The notes beneath the pieces were generated by a model, which was not told the DNA's origin, searched no databases, and worked only from the letters and a program-made list of their open reading frames with translations. Position numbers and translations under genes: made by a program. Of a stretch of 64,000 nt of DNA, positions 49,047 through 56,451 are shown one piece after another (positions within the stretch are counted from its first letter, which is position 1; every line of letters starts with the position of its first letter). Source of the stretch: a virus (Duplodnaviria > Caudoviricetes); IMG/VR virus record IMGVR_UViG_3300020045_002727, positions 10,136 to 74,135 of that record; one strand, 5' to 3'.

Positions 49047-49816
49047 TAGTCTGTTGTTTTTGTGTATTCTATTGTCAAGTTACCAGATGCAGATGGGTCA
49101 AAAGCAATTACTGTCCCTGTACCTAAATTAAGCTCTAAATATTTAATGTAAATGTCATCTACATCAGGCTCGAAAGTAGCTTGTAAATACTTGATAAAAG
49201 GAACGTCTATCCTAATGAACTCCGTTACTCTTCTCCCATCGATAGAAGATAAGGATACTTTTTTATCTATAGGAGTATCTACGTTTAAACCTAAAGTTGA
49301 TGTATTTATAACTGCAACTCCATCAGTTAATGTGAATGGGATTACCTTCCTATAAATTGGCTTACCATCAATCCATTTTCCACCTGTGTTAATTTCATCA
49401 GTGGAGTAACTATGCTGTTTATCTGTATAAATCTTTTGAGGGTAATCTAAGTCTGATATTTGTTCAGATAAATCCGTTTCTGCTGTTATCCCTTTAAAAT
49501 CTGGATTATTAGATGACAACTGAAAAGAGTTATGAGAAAGACTTGTGATAGTTAGTAAATCAAAACCATTAATTATAAGTTGGACATCGGCTGATTGTAG
49601 TTTTACCGAATTATAACTCACTTCATCATCATTTAATACTTTAGTTTGAAATGTGTTAAATACTTCTAAATCTCCTGTTATAGGTCTCCCAACTTCTGTA
49701 CCTGTTAAAGGGATGAAGTTATTAGTATTATCTACTAATAGCTTAATGTCCTCTTGTTGAACAGAGGATAAGTCTCCTTTTCCTCTGTCGTTTAATGTGT
49801 ATATTTGATACTTCAT
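49046..49816 (-). CDS. Putative tail fibre / receptor-binding subunit A
   Basis: FIPLTGT...ITGDLE, YSTDE...GGKWIDGKPIYRK, IEYTKTTD are tail-fibre-type motifs. Confidence 0.65.
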   Translation of the reverse strand: MKYQIYTLNDRGKGDLSSVQQEDIKLLVDNTNNFIPLTGTEVGRPITGDLEVFNTFQTKVLNDDEVSYNSVKLQSADVQLIINGFDLLTITSLSHNSFQLSSNNPDFKGITAETDLSEQISDLDYPQKIYTDKQHSYSTDEINTGGKWIDGKPIYRKVIPFTLTDGVAVINTSTLGLNVDTPIDKKVSLSSIDGRRVTEFIRIDVPFIKYLQATFEPDVDDIYIKYLELNLGTGTVIAFDPSASGNLTIEYTKTTD

Positions 49817-49818
49817 AA

Positions 49819-50556
49819 TTATAAGCAGAATGAATCAACTACTACGTTAATGTCAGCATCTGGGTAGTAATTTATTGTTAATGGGTCTAAAGAATCTGTT
49901 GTTAAGTTTGATAAACTCATCTTACATTGATAGGTATCATAAGTAAAAATGCTGTTGTTTATATTATTTTGGTATATCTTATCTCCTACAACGGGTAAAT
50001 CTCCAGCTCCATCATGGTACACTGGTATGTTCGTAACACCACTCGCTGAACAAGCATCAACTAAAGAAGATTCAGAAACATAAAATAATTTTCTTGTTGG
50101 TTCAGTCACTTTCCAATAAACATTTTGTTTCTCTGTAACCACTCCACCATTATTAGCAATGTAAGTTGCTAAAGCATCTGGAACATCTTCCCATGTATAA
50201 GTGTTCATTAAATCTGCCAGAGTTAATGTGTAGTATGTAGGGATGTTGTCTTGGTCTAAACTTGGGGTTGTCCCACCCCCATTAAAATTTATAAGTGGGT
50301 TCAAGGCTGCTATAACTTCTGTTATGTCAGTACTAACTACACCGTCTATTTCTATCTCACTTAGTAATGTTGAAGGCATGATAGGTTTATCATTCTCAAT
50401 ATAATCTAAACGTAATTTCAACTTGTCTAAATCTAATCCAGAGTTTGTTTGCTCCATGTCAGTATAGACGATTTTAAATAGACCTTTAGCATAAGGTAGA
50501 CCATCTAATGTGAATAATTTTGTGTCATCAATAACACTTGTTTCAAAAATTACCAT
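49819..50556 (-). CDS. Putative virion/tail protein
   Basis: 245 aa; LPVVGDKIY beta-domain; first gene of the fibre operon. Confidence 0.5.
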   Translation of the reverse strand: MVIFETSVIDDTKLFTLDGLPYAKGLFKIVYTDMEQTNSGLDLDKLKLRLDYIENDKPIMPSTLLSEIEIDGVVSTDITEVIAALNPLINFNGGGTTPSLDQDNIPTYYTLTLADLMNTYTWEDVPDALATYIANNGGVVTEKQNVYWKVTEPTRKLFYVSESSLVDACSASGVTNIPVYHDGAGDLPVVGDKIYQNNINNSIFTYDTYQCKMSLSNLTTDSLDPLTINYYPDADINVVVDSFCL

Positions 50557-50581
50557 AGTTTTTTGTTTTTATATGTTTATG

Positions 50582-50589
50582 CAAAGATA
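50582..50589 (-). promoter_or_regulatory. -7 promoter element (TATCTTTG)
   Basis: CAAAGATA on + strand upstream of the ATG at 50556. Confidence 0.75.
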
Positions 50590-50591
50590 AT

Positions 50592-50626
50592 AAAAAAGGT
50601 CTAACCAACTTTATTGATTAGACCTT
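50592..50626 (-). terminator. Terminator closing tRNA array 2
   Basis: Minus strand AAGGTCTAA-N13-TTAGACCTT then TTTT. Confidence 0.8.
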
Positions 50627-50630
50627 GTTG

Positions 50631-50701
50631 AAATCATATTGGGAGTCGAACCCAAACCTTTAATTTTGCAGACTAAATGCTTAACCGTCAGCCTTATGAT
50701 T
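50631..50701 (-). tRNA. tRNA-Cys(GCA)
   Basis: TTAGT-CTGCAAA-ATTAA; AATCATA/TATGATT; U73. Confidence 0.88.
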
Positions 50702-50703
50702 TG

Positions 50704-50776
50704 TGGGGCAGGTGAGAATCGAACTCACTCCTCTGGTTTTTCAGACCAACGCTTCTACCAAGTTAGCTTCTCCCCC
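50704..50776 (-). tRNA. tRNA-Phe(GAA)
   Basis: TTGGT-CTGAAAA-ACCAG; GTGAG-TTCGATT-CTCAC. Confidence 0.9.
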
Positions 50777-50827
50777 AGTATAGCCTTAATCAGTTATAAA
50801 CAATGTTTATAGCCTTTTAAGGTTTTG

Positions 50828-50896
50828 CACAACCCCAAGGAATCGAACCTTGTCCTACACTTTTGGAGAGTGTTTGGCTGCCATAGCCTGAGAAGT
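50828..50896 (-). tRNA. tRNA-Trp(CCA)
   Basis: ACACT-CTCCAAA-AGTGT; CAAGG-TTCGATT-CCTTG. Confidence 0.85.
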
Positions 50897-50901
50897 AGTT
50901 G

Positions 50902-50973
50902 CTGCTCCTAATGGACTCGAACCATTATAAACTGATTAACAGTCAGCCGTAATTACCTTTATACGAAAGAGCA
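50902..50973 (-). tRNA. tRNA-Asn(GUU)
   Basis: GCTGA-CTGTTAA-TCAGT; TGCTCTT/AGGAGCA; G73. Confidence 0.92.
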
Positions 50974-50978
50974 TTTTG

Positions 50979-51063
50979 CAGAAAGTAAAGGTCTCGAACC
51001 CTATGCGAATAAACGCACCACAATCTTAGCAGGATGTGCTGACACCTAGTCAGTCTACTTTCT
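50979..51063 (-). tRNA. tRNA-Ser(GCU)
   Basis: Loop CTGCTAA; long variable arm GTGCG-TTTATT-CGCAT; G73. Confidence 0.88.
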
Positions 51064-51068
51064 ATTTG

Positions 51069-51154
51069 CAGAAGATAGAGAAATCGAATCCCCATCAGGT
51101 ACTACCCGATGCCATGGGGTTCAAGCCCACTTTGTCACCTTGACGGTATCTTCT
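51069..51154 (-). tRNA. tRNA-Ser(UGA)
   Basis: GTGGG-CTTGAAC-CCCAT; 7-bp variable arm; AGAAGAT/ATCTTCT; G73. Confidence 0.88.
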
Positions 51155-51230
51155 ATAATCGTATCGAGACTTCTGACGTAAGCAGTGTATATAATACTTA
51201 CCGAATTAACTCCCTTTATGAGACTCAACG

Positions 51231-51311
51231 TGGGGAGGTGTGGACTCGAACCACTCCCTTGCGGACGGATTTTACAGACCCGTTGCTAAATCCAATTAGC
51301 TTTACTACCCC
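51231..51311 (-). tRNA. tRNA-Tyr(GUA)
   Basis: CGGGT-CTGTAAA-ATCCG; variable arm TCC-GCAA-GGG. Confidence 0.85.
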
Positions 51312-51348
51312 AAAATGATAAAGCCTCCAATCTTTCGAGAGGAGGCTT
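51312..51348 (-). terminator. Attenuator terminator upstream of tRNA array 2
   Basis: Minus strand AAGCCTCC-TCTCGAAAGATT-GGAGGCTT-TATCATTTT; 27 of 28 nt identical to the hairpin at 12646. Confidence 0.85.
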
Positions 51349-51376
51349 AAATTTTCAAACTATAAATAGCTTCACA

Positions 51377-51448
51377 TTAAGACATGTCCTCTCGATAGCC
51401 ATTCCAGCTATAGAAATTAAACGAGTTATATGTGTTACAATTTTTCAT
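51377..51448 (-). CDS. Putative attenuator leader peptide 2 (MKNCNTYNSFNFYSWNGYREDMS)
   Basis: 23-codon ORF; 15 of 23 residues are N/Y/S/F/W/C, the amino acids of the downstream tRNAs. Confidence 0.8.
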   Translation of the reverse strand: MKNCNTYNSFNFYSWNGYREDMS

Positions 51449-51470
51449 AATTTTGATTTTTAAACCGTTA

Positions 51471-51764
51471 TTAAACAGTTGTTGCAATTTCGATGTTTGG
51501 TGCAATTTCATCCAATACGAATGTGTATGCTCCAGTTGCTTTCACTATTGTTGCAGTGAACACAAAAATTTTGTAAGGTGTTTTACCTGTTAAAACTACT
51601 TTAGCTGCTGTAATGTCTGTTACCAATGCTGGATTTTTAGCATAAGTTTCTTCAACTTCCCTTACTTTTGCAATAGCCGCTTCAACAGCTTCATAAGTTA
51701 AAACTCCTGCGCTTGTACATGAGAATGTAATATCTCTTAATCCTGTTCCGTAAACTCCTGCCAT
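51471..51764 (-). CDS. Small Ala/Thr/Val-rich protein (possible capsid decoration)
   Basis: 97 aa with capsid-like codon bias and its own promoter. Confidence 0.55.
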   Translation of the reverse strand: MAGVYGTGLRDITFSCTSAGVLTYEAVEAAIAKVREVEETYAKNPALVTDITAAKVVLTGKTPYKIFVFTATIVKATGAYTFVLDEIAPNIEIATTV

Positions 51765-51793
51765 AATATTTTTCCTTTAGTTATTATTTTCAG

Positions 51794-51801
51794 CAAAGAT
51801 A
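51794..51801 (-). promoter_or_regulatory. -7 promoter element (TATCTTTG) for the 97-aa gene, leader 2 and tRNA array 2
   Basis: CAAAGATA on + strand. Confidence 0.75.
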
Positions 51802-51832
51802 ATAAAAATTTTACACGATGTTTTTAATTTTA

Positions 51833-51964
51833 CTAATTATCTGATTCATAGGCTTTTTGACAAGCCTTATCACAGAAGTCAGTATCACATGGTTCTCCGC
51901 AATACAAGCAGTCATTCTCTTTTTCTTCTGGTGGTGATTCTAGTTTCCAATTATCATAGTCCAT
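51833..51964 (-). CDS. Small Cys-rich (Zn-finger-like) protein, 43 aa
   Basis: MDYDNWKLESPPEEKENDCLYCGEPCDTDFCDKACQKAYESDN. Confidence 0.65.
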   Translation of the reverse strand: MDYDNWKLESPPEEKENDCLYCGEPCDTDFCDKACQKAYESDN

Positions 51965-52088
51965 AATTTCTAATTAAAGTTTGCACTCTCCTTCTTTCAT
52001 CAACTAAAGTTTCATCATTAGCCCCCATGTTATAAAGTTCGTCTAACTTATCTTCAATTGATTTTAATTCTTCTAGTAATTCTTTCAT
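51954..52088 (-). CDS. Small hypothetical protein, 44 aa
   Basis: MKELLEELKSIEDKLDELYNMG...; overlaps the next gene. Confidence 0.55.
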   Translation of the reverse strand: MKELLEELKSIEDKLDELYNMGANDETLVDERRRVQTLIRNYGL

Positions 52089-52097
52089 AATGCAAAT

Positions 52098-52334
52098 TTA
52101 ATCTTTTTTCTTATTCATGTCTTCTACTCTCTCACCGACTAAAAATGGTGTACTTGCAACAACTGTATTTAATCTTAATTTTACCTCTAACATTGCTAGA
52201 GCTTGTTTGTAAGCTATTGTAGCAATTTTGATGTTATCAGAAGGTGACTGTGGCGGCTTCATGTTAATGTAGGTTAATGCCACCTCTAATGCTATCTTGT
52301 CTAGGTACTCTTCATTATCTTTAAGAACTTGCAT
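52098..52334 (-). CDS. Hypothetical protein
   Basis: 78 aa ORF in operon. Confidence 0.6.
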   Translation of the reverse strand: MQVLKDNEEYLDKIALEVALTYINMKPPQSPSDNIKIATIAYKQALAMLEVKLRLNTVVASTPFLVGERVEDMNKKKD

Positions 52335-52533
52335 TGTGTTTGTTATAAATGTGATTTACCATTAATATCTCAGATGGTTTCCAATTGTCTTTAGATAACC
52401 TTGTGTCTAAAGTTGGTCGGCTGATTCCGATTTCTAATGATAGTGATACTTTGTTGAATGATTTGAGTAATAGTGAGTTTACTTTACCATTGGTCGTTGT
52501 AGTGTCGTAAGTTAAACTATCCATTATTTCCAT
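52321..52533 (-). CDS. Small HTH DNA-binding protein (Cro-like)
   Basis: KVSLSLEIGISRPTLDTRL. Confidence 0.65.
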   Translation of the reverse strand: MEIMDSLTYDTTTTNGKVNSLLLKSFNKVSLSLEIGISRPTLDTRLSKDNWKPSEILMVNHIYNKHNASS

Positions 52534-52778
52534 TTAAAATTTTGAATGTATTGCTCTACTTCATTGATTCTTTTCAATGCTACTTCAACGGATTCTGAAC
52601 CTTTCGTGTATTCTTTTAGGAAAACCTGAAATGCCGTCTTGATGTCTGGGACATAATGGTTATCAGTATATTCATACAATTCTGTACCACCGTCTTTTTT
52701 GTTTCTTGTACGTTCTTCGTGGAATTGTAATATCACACCGTCATCGTAAGTTATTCTCCAATTATCTGTTAGTTTCAT
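52524..52778 (-). CDS. Hypothetical protein (DUF5405-like)
   Basis: WRITYDD-VILQ...YVPDIKTA. Confidence 0.5.
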   Translation of the reverse strand: MKLTDNWRITYDDGVILQFHEERTRNKKDGGTELYEYTDNHYVPDIKTAFQVFLKEYTKGSESVEVALKRINEVEQYIQNFKWK

Positions 52779-52783
52779 TTTTC

Positions 52784-53752
52784 TTAGTTGTTTAAATTGT
52801 TAAAGTACCACACTCTAGCTTTATTTGATATAGCCGAGGTCACTTTTTTAATTTCTAGGTTGTTCTGTTCGATTGTATCTTTTTCTTCCTTTAAAACGTC
52901 TGAAATAACCCATCTTAAAAATTCACCAGTATTCTTCTGGGTTGTTTCAATTTGCATTTCTTTCATGTAAGCTAGACCTTGTTCTAAACGATTGGTTGTA
53001 CAAACGTTATCAACAAAATCGCTGATTTTACTTATTTGCTCAACATCAACTGAATTTAGTGTTTTAACTTTTGATACAGAATGTTTCTCACCTTTTGATT
53101 TGAATTTAAGCTCTGGGTTTGTTGTGCATGTGAATACAATACCTTCACCAATTCCAGATACACCAAATGCTTTGGCTACAGGACATTCATTTTCAACTTG
53201 AAGAGTCATTTCGATTAGCTTGTTTTGAGATAGCTCTGGGTTGTTGAAATCAATGTCGATTGAGAATGTTTGAAATTGATTAATGTTGTAAATTTCTTGA
53301 TTGGTGTCTGATACATTCGGTATGTTCACCCATTCATCATCGATTTTAATTGCAAAAACTACAAACATTTTAGGTAATCCTGTGATACCTACACCTTTTT
53401 GGATATTACCACCACACCATTCACCGTAAATAGCCATGTAGTCTTTGTATTCAAAATCTGCAAATAACATTGACAAGTCTTTCTGACTCATCTCAGCATA
53501 GAATCCAGCGTTATCAGAACCTTCCGATAAAACCCTCTCCCTTGATTGAAACTCTGTTCGACCATCTGCGTATCGCACAATGGCGGCATTAGTCCCGTGG
53601 AGCTTTACAGTCCCCTCGAATCTTAATGTTGGGTAGGGTGATGTGTGAGCATAAATTGCATTACCTTCTTCGTCTAACCCTTGGAAATCATGTTGTGTTT
53701 TTACTTTGTGAACAATGTTTCTAAATTGTTCAGTACTTGGATATTTTTTCAT
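52784..53752 (-). CDS. RNA ligase (Rnl2-like)
   Basis: TVKLHGTN (motif I), YGEWCG, GEGIVF, FKSKGE. Confidence 0.88.
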   Translation of the reverse strand: MKKYPSTEQFRNIVHKVKTQHDFQGLDEEGNAIYAHTSPYPTLRFEGTVKLHGTNAAIVRYADGRTEFQSRERVLSEGSDNAGFYAEMSQKDLSMLFADFEYKDYMAIYGEWCGGNIQKGVGITGLPKMFVVFAIKIDDEWVNIPNVSDTNQEIYNINQFQTFSIDIDFNNPELSQNKLIEMTLQVENECPVAKAFGVSGIGEGIVFTCTTNPELKFKSKGEKHSVSKVKTLNSVDVEQISKISDFVDNVCTTNRLEQGLAYMKEMQIETTQKNTGEFLRWVISDVLKEEKDTIEQNNLEIKKVTSAISNKARVWYFNNLNN

Positions 53753-53753
53753 G

Positions 53754-54002
53754 TTAAATGTATTTTATTGTTTTACCTTTTAATGACAGCTCCCTGATGT
53801 CATGTTCTTGAATTAATTTTTGTATTGTTTTGTCTACAAACTGACCACCCACGAATGAGATATACATTTCAATTGATTTTTGAAACAACTCTGGTTGTAG
53901 GTATGTTTTACCTTGTTTAACACGTTCATCTACGTAAAATTCGTACATTATTTGAATAGTGTTGTTTTCGTTTAGGAGATTGATTATTCTTTGTTTGGTC
54001 AT
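53754..54002 (-). CDS. Hypothetical protein
   Basis: 82 aa, coupled to its neighbours. Confidence 0.65.
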   Translation of the reverse strand: MTKQRIINLLNENNTIQIMYEFYVDERVKQGKTYLQPELFQKSIEMYISFVGGQFVDKTIQKLIQEHDIRELSLKGKTIKYI

Positions 54003-54718
54003 GTTGTTTTATTAAATCTGTTATACAATCGTTTTGTCTGCACCTCTGAAAACTCATTCCCTTTACTTGTCTTAAATCCCAAAGTGTTTAACTGCTTTGT
54101 TATAGCATAGAAACTCTTTTTGGCATCATTTCTGAGCGAAACTATCAACGCACCTGCTTTGATATTATCCGCATCATTTTGAGCCTTTAAAGACCTTGAT
54201 TTGATACTATTCTCTCTGGCTTCTGGTGAAAGGTTTTTTGGTGTTCCGAGACTTGTTACAACATTACCACTTTTTGACGTATGTGGAATGCCGTTGTCAA
54301 TCTTAGATTTTATCACTCCAAGTGCTGATTTTGTTCGCTCTGAGATTTTTTTAACCTCATCCTTGGCTATGGAGAATTTTAGTTCTTTCAGCAAGGTGTT
54401 GTCGTGTGGTGAGTCACTTTCGATGAATGTTACGTTGAGTTGTTCAAGGCGTAGCATTATTTCTAGTCCACCACGAGATAGACGGTCAAATTTCTTAACA
54501 ACTAAGATTGCATTAATCTTTGCTGCATGTTCAACTGCTCTCCAGAGATTCTTACGGCTGTTGGACTTACCAGATTCAATGTCGGTATACTCAGCTATTA
54601 CTTCACCATTGATGGAGGAAACGTAGCGGTTTACATCTTGACGTTGAGATTCGAGTCCTAGACCTGAATCACCTTGTGATTTTGTTGATACACGGTAGTA
54701 TGCTATGAATGTTTTCAT
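53999..54718 (-). CDS. Serine recombinase (resolvase/invertase family)
   Basis: YYRVSTKSQ catalytic Ser motif, DIESG, FDRLSR; C-terminal HTH-like segment. Confidence 0.92.
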   Translation of the reverse strand: MKTFIAYYRVSTKSQGDSGLGLESQRQDVNRYVSSINGEVIAEYTDIESGKSNSRKNLWRAVEHAAKINAILVVKKFDRLSRGGLEIMLRLEQLNVTFIESDSPHDNTLLKELKFSIAKDEVKKISERTKSALGVIKSKIDNGIPHTSKSGNVVTSLGTPKNLSPEARENSIKSRSLKAQNDADNIKAGALIVSLRNDAKKSFYAITKQLNTLGFKTSKGNEFSEVQTKRLYNRFNKTT

Positions 54719-54992
54719 CGTTTTGTGAATAATTTTTTGATGAACGAGATTATTTTCTCGATTCTACGATAATTTGATGTTGAAATGCTCATAATTTGAT
54801 TTTTTGATTAATATTTTTCATCCTCTGGTAGGAGGTCTTCGATTTCTTTTAAAAATGTGTTGTAATTTTCAGAATCACCGATTCCGTGGAGGAGTGCATA
54901 TAACACTAAGTATTTGTAAGCCTCTATCAGTAACTTTTCTGGTATTTGAATGGTTTTTATCATATCGGTGTGTGTTTTTCTTAATTATGGTA

Positions 54993-55024
54993 CAAAGATA
55001 TGACAAATTTTTTACATGTACAAA
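54993..55024 (-). promoter_or_regulatory. Promoter for leftward operon (recombinase, RNA ligase)
   Basis: Minus strand TTTG (55021-55024) and TATCTTTG (54993-55000). Confidence 0.75.
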
Positions 55025-55089
55025 TATTTTTAACTAATTTTTTAAAAATCTCGATGTTAGTATTGAAAATAAGGTATTATTTTTTGACA

Positions 55090-55097
55090 TATCTTTG
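55090..55097 (+). promoter_or_regulatory. -7 promoter element (TATCTTTG), divergent
   Basis: No long ORF follows it. Confidence 0.5.
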
Positions 55098-56057
55098 CAC
55101 TAATTCTTTTACGGGGGGAAAGGGGGGCTAAATGAAAACATAATATTATGTTATAATTTATAATATGTATTATTAGTTGATACTCTTAATGGTAACACTG
55201 TTACACTATATTGGTACTTCAAATTAGTACCTTAATATAAGCCTTATAGAAGATTAAACGTGATTTTTAAATAAAAATCACATCTACACAGTTATGTTTA
55301 TATATTTGTTTAACTATTATGTCTCTACTTGTGTCAAGAGAATAGATTAAACACTATTATGTTGTGATTAATGTATAAACCTAAGCCTTGTTACACTTAA
55401 CTATAGCATCGTTTACACATCTATGTTTTAAAGATTCTTATGACATGATTGATAAGAATTATAAATAATATCATAATAATTAAAACTATTATGTACTCGG
55501 TGGTCAAAAATAATGGCGTTTTTATTGGGTTTGTTGAAATTTTAAGGGGCTAATGCCTCTTTTTTTCGTTTTTAGTCGTTATTGATTTTATGTTTTGGAT
55601 GATTTAAGAAGAGATAAATGGTGAAGATGAGTTCTTATACCATAATTGTATTTTCGTGTCTTAAATATGCTCAAAAATAACTCAGGAGACTTGTTGGAGT
55701 GTTCAGACACCTGTCCAGATTAAGGTTTATATACGTTTTTTGGGGTCGCCCGTGCAAAAGGAAAACGACTTTTCTCGATGGGGTGGGTTGTGTTTTTGGC
55801 GTTTTTGCTGGTTAATTCTCACATTTTTACCTTATTGTACACGCTGTAATATCATAACTATTGCAGGCTTCACACCTTCACACCCTTGATTTATAGACTA
55901 TTACACACTACAACCCAAAAGTAGTAACGTGTGTTAACTATCCATTTAACACACGTTAGCAATTAATATAATACACATTCAATCCTTGTTTAACTTCACA
56001 ACCGTACACGTTTACACGCTTCACTTATAAGGATTAATAAACCTAAAAATATATACT

Positions 56058-56114
56058 ATCTATATCGTAATATAGTAATATAGTATGAATCTATATCGTA
56101 ATATAGCAATATAG
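56058..56114. repeat. Two 26-bp direct repeats, each containing CTATAT-N4-ATATAG
   Basis: ATCTATATCGTAATATAG(T/C)AATATAG at 56058-56083 and 56089-56114. Confidence 0.85.
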
Positions 56115-56310
56115 ATTACTTACATTTTTACACCATTAATAGTAATTATCCTACATTTACACACCTTGTCAATACCAGTAAAACCGTCTTAAATGTTAAA
56201 GTTTTGCAAATAATTACTTTTTTGCTTGTTTTGTATTACTCAATACTCCTACTATTGCAGTGTTCAAAACAACGAACAAAACACAAATATAAATTTAACA
56301 ATATAATATT

Positions 56311-56439
56311 ATGGATAAATTAATCGCATTACACGAATTATTACTAAAAATGAATTTAGACGTCGAAAATCTAACCATTGAGCAAAGTATTGAATTATTG
56401 AGAGTCTTAAAAGATACACACAAGGAAATCACAAACTAA
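56311..56439 (+). CDS. Small early protein, 42 aa
   Basis: MDKLIALHELLLKMNLDVENLTIEQ...; follows a TACTATTG promoter-like element at 56250. Confidence 0.55.
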   Translation: MDKLIALHELLLKMNLDVENLTIEQSIELLRVLKDTHKEITN

Positions 56440-56451
56440 AATCAAAATATC

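Noticed and set aside
48441-49816. Diversity-generating retroelement acting on the tail-fibre paralogs
   Set aside because: The shared sequence is N-terminal with ordinary synonymous divergence, not adenine-specific; no reverse transcriptase is present.
1408-54626. Numerous 60-140 aa ORFs antisense or out of frame to long genes (for example 1408-1593, 4594-4842, 21316-21681, 26917-27204, 54201-54626)
   Set aside because: Shadow ORFs nested within confidently assigned genes.
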